From Selaginella moellendorffii (lineage: Eukaryota > Plantae > Lycopodiophyta): 64,000 bases of DNA. The notes beneath the pieces were generated by a model that searched no databases, was not told the origin of the DNA, and saw nothing but the letters and a program-made list of their open reading frames with translations. Location: positions 1,807,715 through 1,871,714 of the forward strand of contig NW_003314284.1 of NCBI RefSeq assembly GCF_000143415.4. Direction: 5' to 3'. Below are positions 49,116 through 59,930 of the stretch, in pieces; positions within the stretch are counted from its first letter, which is position 1; each line of letters opens with the position of its first letter. The translations under genes and the position numbers were made by a program.

Positions 49116-49289
49116 TGTGAGGGCCAAGTGTACGGCTACGATGCCGTATACTAATATTAGCATAGTGGATTTTGGTAGCCGTTGGATTGGTTTCAATCCG
49201 GACCACTCGCTTCTGTATATAAATTAGGGTTTTTGGGCTAATTGATATGCATATTTCTGTATTCCCTTTCCATATTCTATGCACTCACA
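49116..49289 (+). repeat. 3' LTR (174 bp)
   Basis: Direct repeat of the 5' LTR with 13 substitutions and a 2-bp indel, followed by ACTA. Confidence 0.97.
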
Positions 49290-49451
49290 ACTACAAATTT
49301 AATTTGTATCTTAATTACTTTTAGTACCATAATAAAATATATCTGATTAAGCGACATTTAGCCGTAGTATTTTCATGATATATCAACATTTTTCCTACCT
49401 CTGGCTGTTCAAAATATACTGGAGTTTGTATTGTACAGAGTTGACAATCGG

Positions 49452-49731
49452 AGGAGCTGCAGCGAAGAATTATGATCTGGAGGTGTGGTTTCCTGCCACA
49501 GGGAAATCGATCAAAGTAAGCATCCATCTCGATCGATATCCTCTTGGTGAGATTGGTGGTGCATGCTTGGCAATCAGAGTTCATGGCATCCAAGGAAGAG
49601 CCAGCCACTGGAAGTTCTCCTGGAAAGCATCGAGATTGCTGTCACAGGACACGTGGTCGACGCGGTCGCGAAGTAGAGCACCCATTTTCATGAAAAATCG
49701 AAAGCATATGCGCTTTCAAGGCAAGGGATCT
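49452..49731. pseudogene. Mosaic relic: SerRS exon fragment + nucleoredoxin fragments + nucleoredoxin upstream sequence
   Basis: gctgcagcgaagaattatgatctggaggtgtggtttcctgccacagggaaat resembles 23075-23127; ctggaagttctcctggaaagcatcgagattgctgtcacagga resembles 33341-33382; gcatatgcgctttcaaggcaagggatct resembles 33694-33721. Confidence 0.8.
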
Positions 49732-49750
49732 AGGGCTCCTGGGGAATTGA

Positions 49751-51457
49751 ATGTGGTGGAAATGGGGGCAATGGAGCATTCGCCGGCGGTTCGCGCGTCT
49801 CCATAGCAGCCACGCAGAAGCGCCGTCCACGAATCAAACCGATCACTTCGAAGAAACCAAGCAAATCTACACGGCCAAGCTCCGCGACTGCACCAATTCC
49901 AGATCCCTGCCCCAGGCCCGGCGCCTCCACGCGGAGATCTCCTCGATCGGCCTCATCCGCGACCATTTCGTGGCCAATCTGGTGATCCACATGTATGGCC
50001 GCTGCGGCGACATCGCCAGCGCGCGCGAGATCTTCGACTCCATGCCCCGGAGGAACCGATTCTCGTGGTCGATCATGATCGGTGCATATGCCCAGACCGG
50101 GCATGGCCGCGACGCGCTGGAGCTCTTCCAGCGCATGGGCCGGGAGGGTGTCCGCCCCAGCAGCGTCACATTCGTGGTGCTGCTCAGCGTGTGCGCTGAT
50201 CTGGGCGGCGCCGCGCTGGGCGAGGGCCGAGCCATCCACGCCAAGATCATCGCTGACGGCCTCGCCGCGGATCCCATCCTCTGCAACAATCTCGTCAACA
50301 TGTATGGCAAGTGTGGCAGCCTGCGCGACGCCAAAGAGATCTTCGAGAGCTTCTCGTCCGGGAGGGACGTGGTGGCGTGGACCGCGATGATCCAGGCGTA
50401 TGCCCAGCTCGGGCACAGCGCCGCCGCCCTGGAGCTCTTCTGGGCGATGGTCGAGGCCGGCGAGGCGAGGCCCAACCGCGTCACCTTCATCACCGCGCTG
50501 GGCGCGTGCTCCAATCTCCACGATCTGGAAGAGGGCCGGAAGATCCATCGCTACATCGATCGCTACGAAGAAGAGGAGAGGAGCGATGTTCTCGTCGCCA
50601 CCGCGCTGATCAACATGTATGGCAAGTGTGGCAGCGTCGAGGACGCGCGAGAGATCTTCCAGGGGATCCCAAAGAGGGACGTGATCGCCTGGAACGCGAT
50701 CATCGCAGCAAATGCCCAGCTCGGGCACGGCAAGGAGGCGCTGGAGCTCCTCCAGCGGATGGATCTCGAGGGGGTCCGCCCCAACCAGGTGAGCTTCGTG
50801 AGCGCCCTCGACGGCTGCGCGAGCATCGGCGCGCTGGCGGAGGGGCGATCGATCCACGCGCGCGTCCGGGCGTCGCGGAGTCTCGCGAGCACGACGCTAG
50901 GCAACACGCTCATCCACATGTATGGCAAATGCGGGAGCCTGGCGGGCGCCCGGGTGGCGTTCGAGGAGATGGGCGGCGCCGCCGCGCCGCGCGACGCGGT
51001 GTCGTGGGCGGCGCTGGTGGCGGCGTACGCGCGGCACGGCCTTTCCCGCGCGGCGCGCGAGGTCTTCGAGAGGATGGCGTGGGAGGGCGTGCAGCCGTCG
51101 GGCGTCGCGTTTGTGAGCATCCTGGCGGCGTGCAGCCACGGCGGGCTCTTGCTGCCCAGCCGGAGCTACTTCCTGGCCATGAGCGGCGACCACGGCATCG
51201 CGCCCTCGATGGAGCACTACGGCTGCGTGATCGATCTGCTAGGCCGGCTGGGGATGATGGAGGAGCTCATGGATCTCATCGCCGCTATGCCGTTCGAGCC
51301 GGGGGGGATCGAGTGGCGGAATGTGCTGGGCGCTTGCAGGACGCAGTCGGATGTGGAGAATGGATCCGACGCCGCCGAGATTGCGAGGGAGCTGGAGCCC
51401 GAGCACGCCGCAGCCTATGTAATGCTCTTCGGACTTTACAGCACGGAAGAACCCTAA
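49751..51457 (+). CDS. PLS-class PPR protein with E domain, GC-rich, putative organellar targeting peptide
   Basis: Regular P-L-S triplets ('LVNMYGKCGSLRDAKEIF', 'DVVAWTAMIQAYAQLGH', 'PNRVTFITALGAC'); E domain 'MPFEPGGIEWRNVLGAC...AAYVML'. Confidence 0.95.
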   Translation: MWWKWGQWSIRRRFARLHSSHAEAPSTNQTDHFEETKQIYTAKLRDCTNSRSLPQARRLHAEISSIGLIRDHFVANLVIHMYGRCGDIASAREIFDSMPRRNRFSWSIMIGAYAQTGHGRDALELFQRMGREGVRPSSVTFVVLLSVCADLGGAALGEGRAIHAKIIADGLAADPILCNNLVNMYGKCGSLRDAKEIFESFSSGRDVVAWTAMIQAYAQLGHSAAALELFWAMVEAGEARPNRVTFITALGACSNLHDLEEGRKIHRYIDRYEEEERSDVLVATALINMYGKCGSVEDAREIFQGIPKRDVIAWNAIIAANAQLGHGKEALELLQRMDLEGVRPNQVSFVSALDGCASIGALAEGRSIHARVRASRSLASTTLGNTLIHMYGKCGSLAGARVAFEEMGGAAAPRDAVSWAALVAAYARHGLSRAAREVFERMAWEGVQPSGVAFVSILAACSHGGLLLPSRSYFLAMSGDHGIAPSMEHYGCVIDLLGRLGMMEELMDLIAAMPFEPGGIEWRNVLGACRTQSDVENGSDAAEIARELEPEHAAAYVMLFGLYSTEEP

Positions 51458-51482
51458 TTTCCTGGGAATTAGGGTTCTAGAG

Positions 51483-53179
51483 ATGGAGATGGAGAATGAG
51501 CGCAGCATCTACAAGATCGCCAGGAGCATCAAGCGCAAGGAGCAGTCGCTCTACAATGCGTTGCGCTCCATCTACGATGACGCCGGGTTCGTGGCGGAGA
51601 TTCGAGCCCTCAGGCCTGCACTTCCGCTGGTGGCAAATCTTCGGTGTGGGCTGTGGTATGCGCGCAAATTCGATGATACGTGCTACTTCAAATCCACCGA
51701 TGGCCATACGGGGAATTGGGGCTTCAATCCTGCGCGGCTCAACATCCACATTGCCGCCATTGCTGGTAAGCGCTTCGTTTACTCGCTAAGAAAGAATCCA
51801 CAGCTTATCTTTTTCTTCTTCGATCGTCCAGCGCGATCTGGAGGCTGCATGATCGTGGATTCGACCAGGAAAGGGAAAAGATTTCCCGACAGTATGTCCA
51901 AGACGATTCCAATATGGACATGCGTGATGAATCGAGGGATATCAATGCTGCTCGATCCGGACAAGCGCAAGAGCTGGGATTGCGAGCTCCATCTCCCTAG
52001 CTGGGTGTCCGAGACCGAGAAGTCGTGCATCCAAGCCCGGCTGGATCAATGGGTGGGAGTTTTGCTAGCGAGTGGAGCCGACTTGGCGGGCTTGGCAGCG
52101 TCACTCGAGAGGCCTCTCCGACCACTTTGGATATCTCAGCGATCACTGATATGGCTGGACGAGATCCCGGAGCCGGGCTCGCTGGACTTTACACCGGTGA
52201 TCCTCGTCTCGGCATCCAGGCCGAGAGCTCTAGAGAGGTGTAGTGATTCGGAGGCAGGATGGAGCTACATTCCTGGCGCCGGTGATGACGAAGAGAGCTG
52301 GGCTCGAGGATTGACGCCAGGGATGTTTTGGAGCAATGCTCTGGACATCATCGATGCCGGCCCCGATGAATGCAACGCGAAGGTGGCGGAGGTTGTGAGG
52401 AGGGATGGGAGGCCTTGGAAAGTTTTGCAAGGGTGGGAGGGAAACGGGATTCATGGTGAGATAGCGAATGGAGATACAGGAATTCGATGGATTGGAAACA
52501 CTGGTCTGGCGCTTGGTGCAAGTAAGTCAGATTTCATTGTTTCTCATTGTTTTGAATTTGCTCTTCCTTGTTCTTTGCTAGTTCAACCACAGGAACTCTT
52601 ATCAATCAAGAATGTCTCCGTTATAGACTGCTCTGGACATCTTGATGTTTCATTCTTGGGCGAAGGCTATTTTCTTTCCCTAGACATTCAGGTAAAACAA
52701 ATGGTTCTCTTGCAATGGTCACTAACTTACATTTTAAATTGCTCTGATAGGATTCTAAGTTTGATCGGTATTGTCTACAAAATAATCTTCCAGCCATTGT
52801 TGAGTTTGCAATAAGAAGTTTGGGTAAGAAAAGGAACCTCTTGGTTTGTTGCAGAAATGGTACTTATTTGATCTTGAGTTTTGGATCTCAATTTCTAATT
52901 TTTGATTTTCAACAGGAGGAAATATCAGTGTCTCAGTTTGTTTAGCAATCTTGATGGCTTGCTTTAATAAAGATGGTATGTGTTTCATTTTATTTTACTT
53001 CTAATTTATATCTGTCATTAGGAGTTTTCTCTTATGAAAATCTTGCAATTCAAGTTATGAAAGAGGACATTCGAGAAAAATTAGTTTACGTATCTGCCTA
53101 TGTACCAAATGTTTATCCTTCTCGAGGTAATTTAAAACAGGTGTACAATTATTTTAAAAAAAGAAAAAATATATCATAA
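51483..53179 (+). CDS. RIT1: Initiator tRNA A64-2'-O-ribosylphosphate transferase (Rit1); multi-exon
   Basis: 'SLYNALRSIYDDA', 'ANLRCGLWY', 'CYFKSTDGH', 'IVDSTRKGKRFPDSMSKTIPIW', 'YIPGAGDDEESWARGLTP'; C-terminal 'PSRGNLKQVYNY'. Confidence 0.93.
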
Positions 53180-53382
53180 AGTGGCTACTTTTAATTTATT
53201 CGTAGTATTCGTCGAAGTCTAAAATCAGCAATCATGTCCACACTCTTGTTTGATGTCCCTGTGCTCTTGTGATCACAATCCCTGCTTCGTTTTTTGCCCT
53301 TCGAAAGATAAATTGATCCATGATCTAGACTGTGCATCTCTGAGAGCTTGCAGCATATTCTAATGCACTGCTATTTTCTAGA

Positions 53383-53409
53383 TGCGGAGAGCGTGGATCG
53401 AACACGCGC

Positions 53410-53450
<41 letters not shown>

Positions 53451-53455
53451 CCCGC
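53383..53455 (-). tRNA. tRNA-Phe(GAA), variant copy
   Basis: GCGGGGATAGCTCAGTTGGGAGAGCGTCAGACTGAAGATCTGAAGGGCGCGTGTTCGATCCACGCTCTCCGCA, 73 nt, cloverleaf with A and B boxes. Confidence 0.95.
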
Positions 53456-54879
53456 TTAATCGGTTTTCAAACTACTTATTAATTTAAACCACTGAGTATG
53501 GTATTTAAAGAACTCTCGTGGTTTAAACGTTCTTTGCTCACCTCAACTCCAAAATCTACCGCTACCACTATACCAAATGTGAATCCCAATTCACTTTTAC
53601 AGAGGATCCATCGTCTCGGTTTCCATCATCCTCTTTGTCGCAAAAATCGCCTTTGAGAGGAGGAGAAGAGCCACCGTTTTGGAGATCCAAGTTAAAGAGC
53701 GCTACGATCACGAGAATTAATCTACCTGTGGATAGCTCACAGTACCACCGGTTACTATAAGATTACCTGCTTAGCCATCGGCACCGCGGCATGCAATTAG
53801 AGATTGAGGGTTTTAATATAGGTTTCTGCTACATGGGCGATCTCTGGAAGAAGCTGCTGTCTAGCTGTTCATTGCTTTAACAACGTAATCCTTTTCTTCA
53901 GTGCAGGGACGCGATCCTTGATCACCAGCCTCGGCTTCTAGGCAGCTCACATGTGGCCTTCACAAACAAAATGATTGGCAATCATGCTTGTGCCAGACAT
54001 CTTGGGTTTAGGCTTGCCAAACATCTGGAAAGGTACAGACTATGTTTGCAGTAATTTCGTCGACATTTTTTTGCATTGAGTGAATGCAGGTGTAAGCACT
54101 TGTTGAGTTTCTCCCTGTGTCACTGTTGGCATTCTGGCCAGCTGAAAGTCATGGCAGTGGCTGCACAAGCAGCCAGCCGCACCTTGCAAAGCTTCCAGGG
54201 GCTCCGAGTACATACAGGAGATGTACGAAGGTGCGATGCATATGACGATTACGTGCAGGTCCGAACTGTTCTTCAAGCAGCTCGCCAGAGATTTCCAACT
54301 TAGGTGGTTTTATTGTTCTTCGCGTTTTGTTTCTTCCTTTTTATCGGTATGAGAAGGTGGTGCAATTCTTGCGGTCGTTTACGGTCAGTGCAACAATGCT
54401 TTATGGCTCGCAACATCAGGTGAAGTGCAGTGTTGGACCGAAAAATGAATTGGACATATGCATTTGAGATGGTTTTGATGAGTAGTGGCTGCTGAAGGAG
54501 GCGATGGACATGGAATTGCAGGGCGGCTGAAATTGGTAAATCTTTCAGGATCGCTGTTGCCAAACTCTTGCCAGAAGTTATAATCTTCAGTTTTCTGAGT
54601 GTGAAGAAGATTCTACTAAACTAACATTTTTTGTCAGATTTAAATTTTTTTTTATAGTTACTTTGATTTAAAAATTGACAACAAGCTTCAAAATTGATCA
54701 GCAGCACAATTTAATATTCATGATATGAAACCTTTATTTGTTACACATTAAACAACATTAACCAGCACTAATTTCTCATAGCTGAGCCACTAGATCATTG
54801 ACAAAGTGTAGATTATGTTCCTCTTGTAACCAAACCTTACAAGGATTTAACACCACTTAATCTTGCCTGACCAATCAAA

Positions 54880-56040
54880 ATCCAAAAACATGACATCAAA
54901 GCAACCTTCTCCCTTTGAATGAAGTTTGATGTTAAAGAGCCTCATTGCAGATAACCAATAGAATGACCTTCTTACACTTAATGATTACTGTTAGAAACCA
55001 CCTTCTTCAATTCCTAAATATGTCATTTCAACCAAAAGCCATCCCAAGGAATAATTTTGGCATTGAATCAAATGTCATGACTAAAAAAATGTTATATGAC
55101 ATGGATAGTTTGAGAGGCTAATGTCCATTCAAATATTTATTAAAAAAATGTCATTTGACAATGTCACCATAAATTTTATAAATTCAAATATTCTAGAATA
55201 TACTTATAGAAATATACTTAATATATACCTATTAAGGATATTCTTCTATTAAATGCATGTTTACCCTAAAATCTCCCTAAGCCCTTTCTTTTTTGGATAA
55301 ATGTAACTTTTCTAAAGTATGGTATAAAAGTGGACTCAAAGGAAGCTATAAATATTTTAAGTGAAATTTTTGAAGGTGGTATTTTTGAGGAATCAGGGAG
55401 AGAATTGGTGGAGAAGATTATAACTATTTTGAACAGTTATGAATTGCAACTCCTTCAAACTTTTTGAACCTTTGTCATTTCCAGATGATTACAAAAGCCA
55501 AATTTCTAGAACAGCTAAGTACTTACACAACTTACTTAAAAGGTTTGACTCACTTGTTGAGATTGACTTGGAAGTTTATGAGCAAGAGAAAAAAGGTTTA
55601 TAGATGATTTACAGCTCTGTTGCAAAGATATGTCAACCTAAAAAGCTTATAAGGTTTGCATGTTACAACTAGATGGTGATGAAAGATAGGATTGGCTTGG
55701 GAAGTACCCTCAACTAATGAAGCTATGGCAAACAATTTTGGTTAAGCATAGTTGCTTGTGAATGAGGATTTTCCAGGTAAAATGCAATAAAAAATCAACT
55801 AAACCTTGAGACATTGGATGCACATATGTTTATCTTACTGGAAAGGCTTACAATGTCTTCTTTTGATTGGTCATGGGCATCTAGTGTTGCAATATTAGAG
55901 GATAAAATCAAAATGTCAATATTTTTTATGATAATATCATTGACATTTATATTTCAGTGGATACATGTTCATTTTTCTGAAATTATTCATTGATTTTTAG
56001 ATCCCGTGAAATCTTTATGACAATAGTTTGCAAGGGAGGG
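54880..56040 (+). mobile_element. Decayed hAT DNA transposon relic
   Basis: C-terminal dimerisation-domain-like 'SIVACE*GFSR*NAIKN..LNLETLDAHMFILL' at 55745-55840; clustered aatgtca/tgacat motifs at both ends; termini not resolved. Confidence 0.6.
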
Positions 56041-56049
56041 CATTAAAAA

Positions 56050-57700
56050 TCCATATGTATGCGAAGCAGGGAAATAAAGAATCCATCACGGTGTGATCAA
56101 GAGCCATCCACATCACTTTGAGGAGCGTGCAAGACCCATGGTGCATCAAGGAGAAGCTGCACTTGACACTCAAAAGAGAGGCAATGCAAATAAGGACTGC
56201 CTACATTAGGTTCTTTACAATCCAAATGTGAAGTTCCAAAAACCTTAATGTAAGGAATTTGGCAATATGAAGGCCGGAAAAGGGGATGTTGTAAATAGTA
56301 TATAAATGTGTTTTTGTTTGCCCTTGCACAACCTTTTATTAATGCGCCACTCAGCATTCGGTCACGACGGTTAGGGAGGGCCCATAGTGGAATAAAAAAT
56401 CAATCATGGGGCACTCGCAGGGTGTAAAAGCCATGGCAGTGGTTCTTCTTACACAGAGTACCTCCTAGTGAGCTCTACTGAGCTTGGCAACTTTGTTAGG
56501 CTCCAAAAGGTAAACCAACCTCCCCTCAAGCTGTCACAGCAACTTGAGGGTCATAGTCCTTGGAGAAGAGTCTAATTGCTCTTAAAGTCGTTGCTAACTT
56601 TTTTATCTCATGCTCCGGCGCACATTGGCTCGGCTGCCACCTTCTCTGTTTTTCAATCCATTGCAACCGCAATGACTTGTATATAGGGGCGGGCCACCAA
56701 AATTAACAGGCCAGCTGAGTGTTGTGTTCTAGGCCCTGCAGGAAGCCCGCAGCAGCTTGTGCTCAAACAAAACCATCATTCGCTCCACCACTCCATCTGT
56801 CCAGCCCTCGTAAATGCCCCAGGTAGTTGGTGAAAAGCATATTAAGCTGAGGTGTCATCTCGTTAATTTTATCGTCATAGCGTATGCTGCACCATTCCCA
56901 CAGCTTGTAGGCAATATTCATGTCTTCAGAGTCCGCATGCATCGGAAGTCCGTTCTGAACTGGCACAGGAATTCCTCTTTCTTAGCCCTTTGCTTGTCAC
57001 CTTCCAAAAGCTCTTTAAATCGATTCTGATCGACATACTGGGCTACAATCTTGAGCTTTCCGGGAGAGACCTTCAAAGCCGCTGCTGCAACCGCTAAACT
57101 CTTCGAGGCTCTTGATGGTTAGATTCATTTAAGTAAGGACCTAAAAAAGAAAAGATTTTTTGGATTAGCCTTTTTCTTATTGTTAGATATGGCATGAGTT
57201 CTCAAAGTTCAGCAACAAATCCTTGACTCAATAGTCACATTGATCATTGATCAACGTGTCTGCAAAACTCAGTGACGTGAAGAAAAGAAGAATTCTTTTG
57301 CTCTCGCCCAAACTCTCAGGTGGTGTTCCTTCACAAACTCTTTCACCTGCATTCAGTGAAACTAGTTTAAATCCTCACAGAAACTTGAAATAGAGAGTAT
57401 AGCATACACAGTTTCAATGACAAGCTCTACTGCCATTCTAGCTACTCTTGTTACTCTTAACCATTGTTTTGTAGACAGTAGCCACTTCCTTCAACGTTGT
57501 CTGTTGCGGGTGCTTGCAGAGTGGGAGATGATTGGTTTCATTCGAGCTGACACAAAATGCTCCATCCATACATCACTTTGTATCTGCATCACTCTCGCCC
57601 CGGCACATCTCGTGGACTAAGTCTTCCATATCTCTGGGAGGGAAATATCGGCACTGAAACTCCCGGCCTCCAGGCGGAGTTCTTACTATAGCAGTCCAAG
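56050..57700 (-). pseudogene. Possible third Crinkler-like REase+kinase relic
   Basis: 'QAAAGFLQGL..QLA-fs-LLILVARPYIQVIAVAMD*KTEKVAAEPM..EIKKLATTLRAIRLF' and 'GLAR..GWLLI-fs-VMDSL' resemble REase-kinase consensus segments; many stops. Confidence 0.35.
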
Positions 57701-57758
57701 TGGCACCCTCGGTAGAGTTTTGCTTCTCTATCCCTCGTGATCTTATAGAAGGGGATGG

Positions 57759-59711
57759 TTGATGATTCCAGGAGTACATCTTAGCGGATTTACACGGGGA
57801 GTACGTTCCTCCCCACGAAACTCTGGATTTGGTCTGATGGAGCGGTTTGGCTGTATTCATCTGATTCAATCTTGCAGCAGTCTCTCAGTCTTCAACAAAA
57901 CTATCCGACCATTTCTCCCACATCCGACTTGTTTGTCTCAAGATATCTTTCTCTCCAACACACTCATCCAAATGTATGCGCGGCTTGGAAGCGTCACAGA
58001 CGCTCGCAGTGTGTTTGAAAGCATCTTCCCATCCAGCAGAAGGAACTCACACACTTGGGTGTTTATGATCACTGCCTATGCTCGTAGCGGCCATGTCCGT
58101 GAGGCACTGGAGCTTTTACTCGCGATGCCATGTAGAAACCAGGTCGCTTGGAACGTAGTCCTTGCGGCTCTTTGCAGCGGGGAAGATCTTCACTATGCCA
58201 AGCAATTCTTTGATCAAATGCAGAGGGATCACGTCTCGTCAACAACAATGCTCGCAGCATATGCCCATAGAGGGTATCTGGTCCATGCTAAAGAGCTATT
58301 TGACTCCATGGTTGAACACAGCCTTGTATCCTCAACGACAATGCTTACGGCTTATCAAAACAGCTCTCAATTCGATGGAGCAAAATGTGTTTTTGATTCG
58401 ATGCCAGTTTTGGATCTAGTGTCCGCAACTGCTATGATAAATGCGCTTGCCAAGAACGGGCATCTTGATCAAGCACTGGACATTTTTAATCAGCTCCCGG
58501 AACGGAACCTCGTCTGCTGGAACGCATTCCTCTCGGGATGCATAACGAATGGCTGCTTCGAACGCGCAAAACGAAGTTTTTACCACGAGATGCCGCAGAG
58601 AGATCTAGCGTCCTGGAACACAATGCTAACTGGAGCTGACGAGGAGAGAGCCCAAGAACAGGAACACATTTTTTTCGGGTTCCCGGAATACAATATGCTG
58701 TCATTCAACACCATTCTCGCAAACGCAGCTCGCCACCAAAGAGAATCTATCGAAGCAATTGAGTTAAGCTTCCACAGCATGGTCGCACGGGATCTCGTTT
58801 CCTACAACATTTTTCTCTCTGCCTGTTCTTTGCAAGTAGAAATGGCGAGGGCCGTCTATGAAAGAATGCCTGAGCACGATCTTGTCTCGGACAACACAAT
58901 GCTATCAGCATATGCCTTGACGAGGGATGTGCGGCAAGCTCAAGACCTGTTTTTTTCAATGCCACAGATCAATCAAATATCAAAATTCATAATGATAGAT
59001 CTATATTCAATAACCCAAAACTTGGACGAGGCATGCTGTCTACTTTTTGACAACTTCATGTGTGATCACGGAATGGCAACCGTTATTCTTACCGCTTATG
59101 CCAATCTCGGGCATATTGACTCAATGATGCAGTTTTACAAAAGGCTTCCAGTCGTAAGCTTAGCAACAGAAATTGTTCTTATCCATGCGTACGCACAAAG
59201 TGGCTACACAGAGAAAGCAGAATATATCTATTTTGTGTTGCCTTATTCCAATACAGTCTCAAGGAACGCTATGCTAGCAGCATATGCCGTTAATGGGCGT
59301 CTTGTAAGAGCCCAGACTTTTCTTGCACAAATGCCCGAAACAGATCTCTTGTCGTGGTCCACGCTGCTGGACGCATATGCTCGGCACGGGAAGTCGATCC
59401 AGTGCCTAGAACTTTTTGACTCCATGAAGATGATGGATCACGCTCCGGACGAGGCCTGCTTCGCGTTGGTGCTAGCGGCTTGCAGCCGCGCCGGGAAGCT
59501 GCAAGCTGGGAGGAGGGCGTTCGTGTCTTTGGCACAGGATTACCACTTGCAGCCCGGAAAGAAGCATTACACTTGCATGGTGGATCTCTTGTCTCGCTCC
59601 AACCATGTTGATCACGCTCACGAGCTTATCCTCAGCATGCCTTTTGCTCCCGACACAATAGATTGGAGATGCTTGCACTTACCTTTGTCGGCCCCGGCAT
59701 TTGCAACTTAG
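57759..59711 (+). CDS. Divergent PLS-class PPR protein (short repeats, truncated E domain)
   Basis: 'DIFLSNTLIQMYARLGSVTDARSVF', repeated 'F..MPERNLVCWNA', 'HYTCMVDLLSRS...LILSMPFAPDTIDWRCL'. True start probably 57837 or later. Confidence 0.88.
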   Translation: MMIPGVHLSGFTRGVRSSPRNSGFGLMERFGCIHLIQSCSSLSVFNKTIRPFLPHPTCLSQDIFLSNTLIQMYARLGSVTDARSVFESIFPSSRRNSHTWVFMITAYARSGHVREALELLLAMPCRNQVAWNVVLAALCSGEDLHYAKQFFDQMQRDHVSSTTMLAAYAHRGYLVHAKELFDSMVEHSLVSSTTMLTAYQNSSQFDGAKCVFDSMPVLDLVSATAMINALAKNGHLDQALDIFNQLPERNLVCWNAFLSGCITNGCFERAKRSFYHEMPQRDLASWNTMLTGADEERAQEQEHIFFGFPEYNMLSFNTILANAARHQRESIEAIELSFHSMVARDLVSYNIFLSACSLQVEMARAVYERMPEHDLVSDNTMLSAYALTRDVRQAQDLFFSMPQINQISKFIMIDLYSITQNLDEACCLLFDNFMCDHGMATVILTAYANLGHIDSMMQFYKRLPVVSLATEIVLIHAYAQSGYTEKAEYIYFVLPYSNTVSRNAMLAAYAVNGRLVRAQTFLAQMPETDLLSWSTLLDAYARHGKSIQCLELFDSMKMMDHAPDEACFALVLAACSRAGKLQAGRRAFVSLAQDYHLQPGKKHYTCMVDLLSRSNHVDHAHELILSMPFAPDTIDWRCLHLPLSAPAFAT

Positions 59712-59930
59712 CAGTGTCCAGATTCTCTGTAAAAACGTTGGCAAAAGGCATTTGGAATGTGTTCTAAAAGTGTAGATGCGATATCTCAGCGAATCATCTC
59801 CCACATTTTAGCTCTACAACTTTACTACCAAGAATTTACACGAGATGCGAGAACTAGACCTTCGACGCGAGCCAAACAGACACACACACAAAAAAAAAAA
59901 AGAGAGAAAATGGGGTCGCCGCCTTTTCGC

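Larger units (their letters stand above)
44339..49289 (+). mobile_element. Structurally complete but inactivated Ty3/gypsy LTR retrotransposon (no chromodomain)
   Basis: LTRs TG...CA, 4-bp TSD ACTA, PBS, PPT; order gag (CX2CX4HX4C) - protease (LVDTSSS) - RT (RFCIDYRPLN, FIDD) - RNase H (DASDIGLGGVL) - integrase (HHCC, D..D, GPY-like); premature stops. Confidence 0.97.

Noticed and set aside
49730-51480. Long overlapping ORFs (375 aa minus, 389 aa plus) over the PPR; similar ones over the P450, CXE and nucleoredoxin
   Set aside because: Shadow frames expected from high GC3 codon usage; no recognisable motifs.
53560-54600. Moderate-GC stretch with splice-like signals
   Set aside because: Probably a pseudogene, but it has multiple stops and I could not identify a family.
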